Source: Psammoneis japonica (taxonomy: Eukaryota). Taken from it: a stretch of DNA of 64,000 nucleotides. The translations under genes were made by a program, and so were the position numbers. The stretch covers positions 359,899 to 423,898 of the forward strand of contig QPGO01000035.1 of the NCBI GenBank assembly GCA_008632985.1. Direction: 5' to 3'. Under the pieces are notes generated by a model, which saw nothing but the letters and a program-made list of their open reading frames with translations, was not told the DNA's origin and did no database searches. Below, one piece after another: positions 1-12,596 of the stretch (within the stretch, counting starts at the first letter, position 1; each line of letters begins with the position of its first letter).

Positions 1-3000
1 TCATGACTCATTGGGCACGATGTCAGCCAACAGCCGGTCCCCACCAAAGTCACCCCAGCGGACTTCAGTGGATTGCAGCCATTGATGGGTGCATGAGCTC
101 CCATCAATGTTGAAGGTGGCCAGCCACAAATTGTTGACGGATGGCAAGATGTGCCATGATGCCATGTCTGACCTCCAAGATGACCCTCTGCTGCTGGCAT
201 CTTTGACGAGTGTGGGGGCTGCTGCTGCCAAATCTCTCATCAAGGACTTGTGTGTGGGGTGCCAAAGCCAACAAGCGAAAGGAGCTTGCTGGAGCTCTGG
301 AAGACAACAACACTCACAAGAACCACAGTGCTTCCTCCAAGCTCATCAGCAACCAGGCTCAAGTTGAGATCACAGCCTCGAGATTCTCTCTCTGCGCTCT
401 CTCTGAGCCCTCTTCTTCTCCAGTTGGCAGAGCAACCCCACCTGCTGTGCCAGAACTTTGCCAATGAGCACAACTGCTTTCATTGTCACCAAACATGCAA
501 GCCACCAGATGGCCTTCAAGATTCTCTCTGACAAGACACTTGGAACATTTTGCATCAGCCTGGCATGTGTGCCCTGCCACCCATGATCCTTCAGCTTGCA
601 ACGTGTGTCTTTGCTCTCCCAGCAATGGGGAGCTTGCTTCGCCTGCCATCAAATCCTGCCACAACAGCTCTGCTGGTTTGCCAGATGGGGAAATCAGGGT
701 GCACAAGACACCAGTCTTTGACCCCTCAGACATTGTTGAGGGTGCACTTTTCCGGCAAGGGAAAAAAAGACTGACAGCATCATCACCAGGCTTGCATCAC
801 CACCATGACAGCAATGTTGTCAACAACCCAGAGCGTGCTGCAGCAAGTTCATTTGTTTGGTCAATGGCATCAAGTGACTGCACAAAGAGAAGTTCTTGCC
901 TGCAATGGCATTGTTCATTTGGCAAAGCAAGAAGAAGTTCTGCCACATGTTGTTGCACAAAGGGCTGCCAAAAAAGCCTTGAGGCATCACTTCAACTTGG
1001 GAAGGTTTGAGGTGCAATGCCATGCTTGGGGGTGGGAGAGTGGGGGCTTCATGGCAGAGACTTTTGGCTGTCATCATCAAGGGCAATCTTGTCACATGTG
1101 CCATCTGCTGTGCTGCATGTCCCGTGAGAGTGACCTTCTTGTTGATGCTGAGGGCCAAAAACATTTCCATGCCACTGCAAGAAACCAGAAGAAGCTCCTC
1201 CACATGGCCAACCAAGCTGGGCTGTGGTCCTCCCACACTGTGCCTTGCTGCAAGCATTGTCTTGAAGCCCCTCCTTGGGACCACAAACATGCGCCATGAC
1301 CCTCAACAAGTGTGGCAGCAACTGCAAATGGGGAGAGATGCAGCGGATCTTCAGATGAGCCAACTTGATGAGTGATCTGTCTTCCATGACTGGAGCTGCT
1401 GCAAGGGCTCTAGGAGCATCCCAGCTGGATGCAAGAAGATCTGAGTGCACCTGGTGTGTGTGCAGTGTGCAAAGCACAACAGCACATTGTGGGACATGAC
1501 TTGTGGTGGACATCACAGCATCTGCTCTGGTGGAGCAGCATCTCCTCATGGGCTTTGCCTGGTGATCTTCATGGCCAAGCTCAATGAACTCAAGATTCAG
1601 GCCACCGGCAATGGCAGCGCACCACACCTTAAAGCTGCAGTGAAGAAGAAGTTGCACATTGTTGTGGACCCTGAGTTTGAACAAGAGAGCTTGAGGGTCA
1701 CATCCTTCTCATTGCTCACAAGGCTCTGTGTGGCCTTTGCAGCTCTGGAATCAGGTTGCTTGTGAGTGCTTTCCTGATTGCCTGCATGCTGAAAACACTT
1801 CTTCCCCCATGCCTTTCCAACAAGCCTGACATCTGGACACACAGGCAGGGAGACCTCTGTGAGTGCACTGCAGTCTGTGTCAATGACCTGGATGTGATCA
1901 CTGTGAAGGGTCCCCAGGAATTCATGGATGCTGTGTCAACATGAAGTGCAAACACTCAAGCTCAAGGGCACTGGACCAATTGCGTTGGCACTCCATCTTG
2001 GCTGCAGTGTCTCTCCTGTGGTGACCCAGACAACATGTCATGCCTTGCACCCCATGCAGCATGTGCTGAGTTCATGGTTGACAGCTGGACACATCTTTGG
2101 CAAGAAACTGTGCATCAACACACCAACTTCATTGTGGGACCCACAACAAATGCATGGGGACCCTCTTGCAGAGGTCTGCACACATTTTTGCATGTGGCAC
2201 TGAAACATGCAGCCTGTGTGCACAAAACTGGTGCAGTTTCTGCTTGCAACAAAAATTTGAAAAAACATCTCCAGCAGTTTGCAAGACAGCTCTGGCACAA
2301 TGACGCATGCAAAAATTAAAAATCCACACTTTTTGGGTCACATGTCCCCATGCATTTGTGGGATCCCATGATGAAACTCCTTTGGACAATGGCAATCAAC
2401 CTGGCTCAAAACCTCTGAGCTGTGCAAACCCAATGGCACAATGGGCTCTGTTGCTTGGTCACATCAACGTTGCCATGGTGCCATGATCATGTCTTTCTCC
2501 AGCTTCAATGCTGCACCCCACCAACCAAGGCCATTTGGGCCATGCCACACACCACACATCTGTGGCATCTCATCTGAGGTGTGGTGTGGAGCTTTGTGTG
2601 CATGCACAAGGATGCACAGAAGAGCCCAGCTGCTGGGGCCTCCCAAGCCCATGCAGGGTTGAGCTCACACCACCATTCACAGCAACATGGAAGAGATTCT
2701 CTCCCAGAAGATGCACCTGGCTGAAAGCCCCTTTGCAAGTTCATTGCTGCATCCCAGCACACAGGATGCCTGTGACTGTCCTTTACTTTCTCAAAGAGTT
2801 TTTAGCTGATGGGCTCTCCAAGAAACAAGCCACCATCAAGTCAAGGCAGGTCTAACAAATTTGTTGCTGCAAGGAATTGCATGGAGCAGGCCATTGACCC
2901 TCTGCACACCACACTGGTGTGCTGCTGCACCCCCCCCCCCCCCCCCCCCAGCTCATGCAATGCTGGCCACATGTTTGGCAACAATGAGTTTTGGCTGAAG

Positions 3001-3510
3001 ACAGTGCGCTGCCACCCTGCACTCCAAGTCACACAAGCACCATGCCACCCTGTCATTTTGCCACTTCATCCAAGGCTTCCACAGCCCTGCTGATGCTCTG
3101 AGAGCAAGTGCTTGCTGGGGGTCATCCTCAGATCTGGAACCTCTGCTCCCCATCCCATCATGTTCTGGAGTCCAAAAGCCTTCCATTGATCCAATGTTGA
3201 TGTGGCTCTTTCAAGCAAAACAGAGGGAGTGACCACAGGATTTTAATTTGCATTTTGGTTGTGCACCACAATTGTTTGCATGCTGCAGCTGGTTTTTTCT
3301 CAAACAGGCATGGTGCTGCTGCTTGTTTGGCACATGGTTTGATTGATTGCATGTGCCACGCAGCTTTGCTCTGGAGCCACATGGCTCTAAGAATGAGCAG
3401 CAGCATCATTCATGCTGCACTCTGTCAGCACCTGCAGCAGTCTCTGTGCTGATGCTCATCTGCCATTTGGACAGCAGCAAGGTGTCGTCATTTTCTTCCA
3501 CCTGACTCAG
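1..3510 (+). mobile_element. Heavily decayed Ty1/copia relic (IN-RT-RH remnants plus 3' LTR remnant), related to the full-length copies
   Basis: PDGEIRVHKTPVFDP near 680-725 matches PDGEIRTPKMPVFDP of the intact copy. RT/RH-like fragments continue to about 3190. Purine tract agagggag then tgac near 3222-3233. LTR-like ctcatctgccatttggacagcagcaagg near 3455-3482. Many indels; ends approximate. Confidence 0.8.
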
Positions 3511-5990
3511 CTCCTTTTGCTTCATGCTCTGGTGTCAGCTGCTGTTTTGCATCAACGGACATCCTCACATGACAAGATGGCAAGTCATGTCATCATGGTT
3601 GTAACTTGGATGAAAATCTGCTCAACAAGAGCAAGAGCAGTGCACACCATTCAATGTGTCAACTGGGCTGTGACAAAGCATGAGTTGTTTGTGGTTTGCA
3701 CAGTTAAAAACAAGGCTCAGGCTCCTGCCATCAAGGGACTTCATTTGGGGGCAGATCTGCCATGGTGGTTGTGAAGTGCCAGCAGCAGCAATGTTGGCAT
3801 GGCAGCAGATTTGAGTGCATCACATTGGGCTCATTTGCACCTTGGCAAGCACACAGTTTGCAAGACCTTTTGCAGGCAGATCAAAAGAAGATCAGAGGTG
3901 CATGCGCGCGTTGGGCAACAACAGACAATTTTTTCACCTCTGAAGAAGATGATCAACAAAAAAACAACACTTCTGTCCTGCTGCTGTTTGTTGTTGTTTT
4001 TTTTTTTGTTGAGGCCCACCATTGCTGCAGTTTAAAGGTCTTTTCTGGAAAGGTGGAAGACTTTTCTTTGATGATTTGACCACTGATGCTTGCTTCTGCC
4101 TTGTCTGATGTTTCACAAGAAGGGCTGGTGGTGGAGAGTGGGGTTGGCAAAGGGAGCAACTTCTCAGCTGGCCTCCACAAAGTCATTTTTGGTGATGCCA
4201 TTCATGCAAAAAAGACAGAGTCTGATGAGCTTTTTTGCTTCCTTTTGTCTGAGAGGGTTCCTTTGCATCCTCTCAATCACTGCATTTTTCTTGCACCCTG
4301 AAACTGCCACAACAATGTTGTTGACATTGCCATTGCCCTTCTTGTGTTTTTCCATGGGTGTCCTCTCATCTCATTTCTTGCTTGTCAGCTGCCTTTCAGC
4401 AGAGCAGTGGTGTGATCTTCAACTCTGCAAATGTCTGTTCTCACACACATTTCTTTTTTTTTACATGAACGCTGCTCTTTCTGCAACTGCTCCTTTTGCA
4501 TTCTGCTGTTTGCTGCCACTTCACATTTCACTCATTCTTTGCTGCAACAGCCACAAATGAGTTTGTCATTTGTTGTGCCACATTGTGCCAGGCATTTGGC
4601 AGACTGCTCCACAGATCAAAACAGAAAAGAGGCCTGCCTCTCCAACAAAAAGGTCTTCAGACCATTGCAAAAATGTCAAAAAGCAACTGCCCAGCTGCAG
4701 TGCTCCCATGAAGCAACCCATGGGGCCACACTTGCACAATCCTTTCCCTCAGGTCCCTCTTGCAACCTGTGCATGACTCAAACCTCTCCATTGACTTTTT
4801 CAATGGGTGCCACTCATGTTGGCATTGAAGGCAACAAAAAAGCAAGTTGTTTTGTAAATCTTGTATGAGCAAGTTTGATTGTCAAACCAACAAGTCACAC
4901 AACCCATTTTGCCAGCGTCTTTGAAAACCTTCCTCAAACAACAAGAAGAGCACATGATGTGACACATGGCCATCATCTCTGCCAATGCAGGCCATCATGC
5001 GGGCCATTGCTTGACACTTGTGGTGATGCAAAGCACAACTTCAAGGAGCAGCAACTCCTCCCATGATTGCTTGTTTGCCTTTTTTCTAGATGGGCACCAA
5101 GCTGTCAAGAGTCCTGTGGAAGATGCTCACAAAAAATGCAGTGCATCGTTTTGCCAACCTGCTTCTGTTGTGCAGTGCTTCCATGGAGACTGCAGCTCAT
5201 GTCTTGGTGTCCTGTCACAGCACCTTCCCTGTCTGCTTGCATGTCTTGGTCTTTCCATTGACACTCTGAGAGTTGATGATTGCAACAACATCATCCAACT
5301 CAGCAAGTTTGACCTCTGGATCCATCACACCTGCCATTGAATCTACAACAAACAAAAATGGTCAGTTCCCTCAATTCACCAGTCTTAGACCCAGCTCACA
5401 AATGATGTTGTGAAAACAGGCAAACTCGCAAATGACAACTCGTCACACCCACAAATGCAACAACGTCCCATCTGCAATAAAAGCAAGACCGCAAAAACAA
5501 CAAAGCACCAGCCAGCAGCAAGGGTGTCGCAGACGGCTCCTCCAGCCACAACACTCACCTGTAGATTTCACCCATAGACATGGACATAAAAGAACAGGTA
5601 GAGAGGGAGATCATTTTGTCTCTGGGCCTCTAGAGGGTCGAGAGTGCAATGGAGTGGATTGCAGGCATGCAGGCTCAGCAGAAGGAGCGCTGATGCGATG
5701 CTGATTCCATTCTGCCTCTCTAGGCCTACAGCAGTCGCCTGCGTCGGCCAAAAATTAGGTCCCACCGCCATGGGCACAAACTACCATCATCCCTGCTGTG
5801 TCATAGTGGTGCTCAGAAGCATGCCAAGATGGGTGGCAGTGGAAATCTGCGTGCTGCACTAACTGCATCCGACAGACAGGACAGAGCACAAAGGCAGAAA
5901 ATAACAACAGGCTACGCGTATGATTATCTGCTAAAGCACGGCACATTAGATCATCAGCATAATGGGCCTGATCCCACAGAACACCAAAAG

Positions 5991-7600
5991 TTAAAGACCA
6001 AGTACAAATTGATCAAAGCATGTCGACATATCCTTGGCTACTTTGTCCACATTGCCCGTAAACTTCTGCGCAACATACGTCGGTTCGGCGTCTGCTGGCA
6101 CGACAAACACGGCAGGATAAGTTGGGGATTTCCCGAACCAAGGAGTTTGTCAAAGTATGTCTTGGCGTTGTAAGCGCCACTGTTCTTGAGGTCATGAACC
6201 TTAGCAATCGTCATTTGAAGAGAGTAAATTCTGCCGTCCGTATGGAAGTAAAAACAGTCGAACGTTGGAAAGTTTGTTGTTGTCGGCCATAGAAGGGTTG
6301 CTAAGAAACCACTGGCGCCATCAGAAACACGGACGGCACTAGCAGGTGCATTCGCAGCAGTAACTTTTTTTGTTTCAATCACCACCGGAACTCCCATAGG
6401 TGGAACATTCAACGGAGAGCTTGTGTTGTCATTTAAGTTTCGCATAATAAACGTACCACCTGCCAGTAAAGTTCGAATGGCATACGCTTCAAAGAGAGCT
6501 CCAGCATAACCTTCTGCACCAGACATTGGGGCCAAACTTTGTCTCGCAGCTTTCAATGCCTCTGCAGATTTGACTGCAAGTTTATCGGCAACCAGGCGCT
6601 CGGCATAACGCGATACGAGCTCGAATCGGGGGGTGTCTTCGTATCCTTCACCATTCACAACATCAACTTTCCAAAGAACAAGTGCGTGCACCATAAATTG
6701 TTTTGTGGCCTTGTTTGACACTTGCATTGATACCATCCTTGTGATCGAGGAAGCATCAACAAGCGCCACGGCATTACCTACTTTTTCCCTTGCGTTATCT
6801 GGTTCGAATAGATAACGTGTAATGCCACCTATATGCAGTAGGTTTGTTTTCACGACCTCTTGGTCGACCCCAATAACAGAGGCAATTCCAAATGCTTCTT
6901 CTTCAGTGAGCGCTGGAACCGTGTAGTATCTCCGCCGACTGATGATGACAGCATCTTCGATGTTCTTGATGCACAAACTTGGCGACGAAGCCATGAGAAT
7001 TACGCCTTTGCATCTCTCGAGATTGAGCGGTAGTGCGCAATCATCCATCACGATTAGACCGGTAGCTGGCATGTGTTCCTTGAGTTCGCTATAGACTTGT
7101 CGAAAGATTCCAGAAAGAGTCACTTTGCCATTTTCCCAAACTTGACATTCGACAGAGTCGGTTTCGTACTTAGCGGCCTTTTCGGCGTGACAGAGAATGA
7201 TTTTTCCTTTTCCAAAACGAGCCCTTAGACGCACGAGGCCGTATGCCAGATATGTTGATTTGCCGACCCCCGAAGAACCGCGCAGTACGAACAGCTGCTT
7301 CCTATTTTCGGTATTTGACTTCAGAACATTGCCTATCTTCCGCGCGATATCCTCGTAGCACTGACGGGCATAAGCCTCCTTCACCAATCCAAAGGGTTCA
7401 CCAATCTCGGTCATATTAAACGAGCTGTCGGATTGTGCAGCCTTGACAGCGTCTTCAAGGAACGAGAGTGGCACCGAATAGTCTTGGTGCAGCGGCGCCA
7501 TCTTCGCTTTTTTTTGCGCTCTTACTTCTTCAATGCTACAATCATCTCCTTTTCTCTCCACTTCTTTTGCTGTTAAATCCATTGCTGGGGACAGGCTCAT
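5991..7600 (-). CDS. Crinkler/RHS-like P-loop NTPase + PD-(D/E)xK restriction-endonuclease-fold protein, with a 1-nt frameshift near 6124-6127
   Basis: Walker A LRGSSGVGKS, Walker B IVMDD, C-terminal NFPTFDCFYF...SLQMTIA..H. Adding one C to the C4 run gives PTYPAVFVVP...QKF...DQFVLGL*, the typical CR-REase ending, with the stop at 5991-5993. Normal TA and CG content. Confidence 0.75.
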
Positions 7601-7839
7601 GGTTGCTGTGTTATTGCGTGTACAGGTGCTTTATCTGTTGGTGGCCGGTGTCGCACAGGCTTACTCTGAGTGAAAATGCACCAGCTCCGTCATCTGCAGG
7701 TTGTAAATTGAGTGTTTGTTGTACTGACGGTGGCCGATGGGTTTTCAATACAATGCTTCTTACGTCTTCTCTCTCTAGTCTACCATTGTCAAATACAAGC
7801 TTAGACTAGACTACAAGCAGTATTGTCAATTGAAAGTCG

Positions 7840-7883
7840 TGGCTGAAAAAGTCTGCCTGTCAGTGCGTTTGGGGGTTTTGCAG
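7840..7883 (+). repeat. Dispersed 45-bp repeat, probably a TE terminus (second copy near 10717-10761)
   Basis: ggctgaaaaagtctgcctgtcagtgYgtttgggggttttgc occurs twice. The first copy sits at the switch from normal to TA-depleted DNA. Confidence 0.65.
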
Positions 7884-9220
7884 TGCATTTCACTTACCAT
7901 GCTTTAACTTTTTTTTAAACTGCACTTCAAGCTTGCACACAGTGCTGTTGTCAAACGTTGCCTTTGGAGATGAACGCTTTGGCACTGTGAACTTAAGTGG
8001 AACTTTGCACCCGCCTTCCACCAACAGCTTTGCAAGGAAATCCCCCTGCCAAGTGAGTTTGACTTGGCACTCCTCTGTTGACATTTCCTTCATGAGCAAC
8101 TCTTCATGCTCTGCAAAATCGTCGTGAGAAATGACCCCATCCAACATGCGAACCTGTTCTTGTTTGTCCAAGTCAATCATGAGTTGTTTGGACAGCTTTT
8201 CTTCAACATTCTGAGCCATGACAACACCTGGATGAACCACATGAGAGCATTGAGATTGACTTTACACCTCTGGGCTGTGCCCCGACAGGGCGGGTTTCAG
8301 TTTGGTGCGAGCCAAAAAGAAATCACTGTCATGCACTGCATGATGCTGTGCCACTCACCCTTTTGTTTCACAAGCAATCAGAGTGGCAGATTGGTGATGA
8401 AAATTCATGATTAAAGTTGCCTTGGAGTGGGTTGTCATGGTGGCAAAGACAAAATCCACATTTCACAACAAGCCTCATTGGCCTTGAGGCAGAGTCTTTA
8501 GCTTGTTTGGAGTGTCTGCATTGGTTTTGATCACTTGTTTGTCAAGTTTGATGAGGTTTCGAATTCCACTCATGCACATTGATGGAAGCAGTGGTCCAGT
8601 GTTTGTGGCATTTCCTGCTGATGCCTCTGACAGACACGAGTTGAGAAAGGACAAAACCACATTGTGCCGTGAAACTTTTTGAGTCATTGGAGAAACAGAC
8701 AGAATTGTCTTGGCCAACCAAGGACCTGCCTGTGAGTTTGATGCTCTCTTTGTCAAATGAAGCATTGAAGCATGTGGAGCATGGCAGCATGCCATGTTGA
8801 CCACTGCATCCTGTTGGTCCGGATCTAAACACTTGGAAGCAAATCCTCATCAAGAAGATCAACTGCATGTCTGCACACCACCAAAGTCACCTCAACAGCT
8901 GATCAGCTGTCCAAGCACTTTTCAATGTCAGCTGCATGCCCTCAGCTTCTACACAGGTTTCTACACACCTTCTTGTGCCAATGTCGCCCTTCTCAGATGG
9001 TGTTGATTTGGCTCCAACAAGCCCATTCTGTCCACATTTACCAATGGCACATCCTTGTTGCAGCATGATGAGCAAAGTTCATCAGTGGAAAACGATGAGT
9101 GTCCCGGCTTTTTGGCTCACATGCTGGTTGTCATTTCTCACAATTTTCTGTTGTCTCAGAAAATTTTCTACACAGGTTCTGGTGCAAATTCCACGCGGAT
9201 CTGCAGATGCTGCTGACGAT

Positions 9221-9700
9221 CTACATGTCACTTCCCTGGCCTGCTTTCATCCTTGCAAATCAGTTCTCAATGCTGCTTCTTTTCCTTGCCATGCAATCAA
9301 GTCCTTCACTCTTCATGGCGCAAGTGCTGCTTCTGTTGCGGCCCTCTTCAGCAAGAACATTGGCTGTCCTTTGGAGTCATTTGATTGTCGTTGATTTGCT
9401 GCTCCCATTGGTCTTTCCATGCAAGATCTGGCATTGTTTCCATGTGTCACCTCTGGCTGTCTACGTGTCACTTCTCCAGACTACTTTCATCCTTGCCAAT
9501 CAGTCTTCAGCCTCTCTTGTTTTCTCTGCCATGCAATCAAGCACTTCACTCTTTGTGGTGAATGTGCTGCTTCTTTTGTGGCCCTTTTCAGCAAGAATGC
9601 AAGTCATCCTGTGGTGCCATTTGATGGTCTTTGGTTTGCTGCTCTCATCGGCTTTTTTGCGCAAGACTCAGTGTTGTTTCTACTTGTCAAGAATGTTTTC
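9221..9700. repeat. Degenerate tandem duplication, 240-bp period
   Basis: ctacatgtcacttc at 9221 recurs as ctacgtgtcacttc at 9461, with colinear downstream sequence. Confidence 0.8.
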
Positions 9701-10224
9701 TTTGATGACCTGCTCGTCTTGCCTTCAAGGCTCCTTTTGTGGACTGTTTTAAAAACCCATCTGAATGCAATTGTCCGTTGCAGTTGTGGTGTGCCTTCTG
9801 TGGCTGTCATCAACAAGCATGCAACAAATCCCTCATGTGAGTCATTCCTTTTCAGTCATCTTGGTGGGGTGTCATCTTCTGGTGATGCCCATTCAGGCTG
9901 ATCCTGTGCAAGCTCCTGCCGCACTCAACTGTGTGCTGGGAGTGTGGGTCAGAGCCGGCACTGGCCTGGCTGGCAAAGGAGTGACAGCACTTAAAAATGG
10001 ATCTGTTTTTTTTTTTTTTGATCAGCTGTCCAAACTGCTGCTGCATCATTGCTCTGGATGACCTGGAGCTGTTGGCTCGATGTCTGATGCACTGACCAAG
10101 GGAATCTCAGTGCCGGTGCAGTCCACGTGCAAGTGCAGCAACACTGGCGACAATGCATGCATGTGAAAATGGAAGCAAACAATGTGTGAGACAAGATGTG
10201 ATGACAATGACATTGTTGGGCCAT

Positions 10225-10480
10225 TTAAATTCAGTTCAGAGCTCACAAATTCAAAGTGTGATGAAAACAAACTAACAGCAAAGGACAACAAAATCAAGGC
10301 TCTTTGACACCCCCATCGTCAACTTGGCAAAAAGAACAAAAATCAACACTGCTTAAATTCAGCTCAGAGCTCACAAATTCAAAGTGTGATGAAGACAAAC
10401 TGACAGCAAAGGACAACAGGATCAAGACTCTTTGATGCCTGCATCATCAACACGGCAAAAAAAACAAAAATTAACACATG
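10225..10480. repeat. Tandem duplication, 128-bp period
   Basis: ttaaattcagYtcagagctcacaaattcaaagtgtgatgaa at 10225 and 10353. Confidence 0.9.
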
Positions 10481-11000
10481 TTTTGCATGTCTCATTTGTT
10501 GACACTTGCTTCTTTCCTGATTCCTGAGGAACACAACATGTGCAATGTCAGCATCGCTGTCTCCAACAGGCTGTTGCTGTGCATGGTCACAGACCCTTGG
10601 AAACTGCCAAGCGGCAAATGCAAAAGGAGTCGAAGCACATCATTGTGCTGCTTTTTTTTCTCACAATGAGCGAGCAAGAACACAAAGCTGGGGGGGGGTC
10701 TCCAGCCATCTGCGCTGGCTGAAAAAGTCTGCCTGTCAGTGTGTTTGGGGGTTTTGCCAGTTCAATTTTTACACAGTGAAAGATGTCAATTCTGTCCTGC
10801 GTTCACCAAAAATCCCTGCTGACACACAGATTGACAGACTCTTCCAGCACAAATTCTGCACAAGATGTGTGCCACAAAAAATGTGCAACTTTCTGTGCAT
10901 GTGGTGAACATGCCAACAATCGGGGTGCTGTGCATGCGAAATGTGTGTGGCTCATGGCTGCACTCACCAGAGTGTCACTGCAAGTGCCGGCATGCATTGC

Positions 11001-11092
11001 TGCAGACCAACAAGGGGAGATGACCCATTGCCTGTTGAAGATTCTGCATGCAGACCAATGAGGGGAGATGACCCATTGCCTGTTGAAGACTC
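11001..11092. repeat. Tandem duplication, 48-bp period
   Basis: tgcagaccaa(CA/TG)aggggagatgacccattgcctgttgaaga occurs twice; the copies differ by a reciprocal CA/TG. Confidence 0.9.
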
Positions 11093-12072
11093 AGTGATGA
11101 GTCATCATCCTCCCACCCACACCACCACTGTTTGGACACAAAAGTTGGCATTGGAAGAAATGCTGCTGCTTCTGGCTCATTCTTCCAAAGAGCTTTAGCA
11201 GCAAGTCAAATGGATGGTTTAAATTGCTCCCACCTCTCCCTCTCACTGGCCACAATGGCTCTGGATGTCACACAGCAACTGCAGCAGTGTCACAAGAGGG
11301 TCCGTTCATTGACCACTGAGTGGTTGGTGACTGCAGACTTTTTTGTGTCAGTCAGTTGGGAGGGGGTTGGGCAGTTGGGCAGTTGGGGGGGGGGGCATCC
11401 AAATTTGAGAGTGTGTCCCTTGGATTTTGGAACAGCATGTGTTGTTCAGTGCAAATGAGTTGTTTGGATTCAGAGAATGATCATTGAGGACATCAGAGGT
11501 CATGGGGACATCCCAAAAAATTGACAAATTCTCTACAATGGGTGCATGGAACTGTTTTTTAGAAGAGCTCGAAAGTGCTGTAAAATTGGGATTGCCAGTG
11601 TGGTGTGTTGACAAATGCATTGAGCTTTGCATGAAGAGAATTTGTCATGAACTGCACACGAAAAAGTCACGTTGATGTGCTCCAGCTCTGGGTGGGACCT
11701 CATGCTGCTGAACTGTGACATCAATGTTTTTTTGGATCATGCCACATCTCACGCACGCACCTTTCTACATGCAATGTTTGACAAAATTGTTTCATGCTCC
11801 CTGTTTTGCAAAGCCAAAGGCTTTCTATTTCCAACATTCATGAGAATGAAAGTGGGCTGGGTTCATTCTTCAAGCATGAAGGAGGAGACACATTCACAAA
11901 ATTGCCTCTTTTTCTGTTGGCAATCATCCACATTTTAATTGCTGATTGAATTTGCTGTGGAGCTTGCACGCAGAATTGCACGGGCCCAATGTCACATGGA
12001 GTCTCACCCAGGACTGGAACCCATTTGTTGGAAAGGTGTGTCATGCAATGAGTGGGTTTGTGCGATGTGCCA

Positions 12073-12342
12073 CATTTTGCGATAAATTGGGAAAAAAGGA
12101 GTGTGTCCAAAGTTGGACAAAAAAGAGTGTCTGTGCTCCTCGCTTCGGCCACAAAAATGGCCTGAGCCATCAAATGTGATGGTCATCCACATCACCAGTG
12201 CGGCAGCCATGCCACCCTGTCATTGCAATGCCTGCCCCGGCGGCAGGGCCCTGCTTGTGCACAGGCAATGCAGCATGCAATGGCACACACCCACACCCAC
12301 AAAGAAAGACAAGTGGTCAATGCTCCCTGCATGCCTGGTTTT
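12073..12342 (+). repeat. 270-bp dispersed repeat; inverted copy at 25419-25701
   Basis: ttggacaaaaaagagtgtc...cacacacccacacccacaaagaaagacaagtggtcaatgctccc is found reverse-complemented at 25.4-25.7 kb. Confidence 0.85.
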
Positions 12343-12596
12343 TGCCCCAAGCAGAGGACAGACCAGTCATCAGCCGAACTCTGCATGGCAATGCACCAAG
12401 AAATTTACAGAGTTCTTTTGCTTGCTTGTGGCCATCATGCAGCATTGTCCCCCAAAGCTGTGCCGTTGAGCTCTCAATGCCCCACTCTTGTTGTTGTTTG
12501 CTCAGAAGGGAGGCAGCTGCAGCTCCTCCCTTGTCTTCAGCTGCAGCAGCCACCTCATGTTTTCTCCCATCAGAGGACATCTTTGGCCATGACAGC

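Noticed and set aside
2930..2949. Long C/G homopolymers (also near 11385, 23091, 59396) as functional G-quadruplex sites
   Set aside because: They lie in decayed TE DNA, and slippage or assembly effects suffice.
3510..5340. Crypton-like tyrosine recombinase relic on the minus strand
   Set aside because: Only vague motif resemblance; too decayed to support a call without a profile search.
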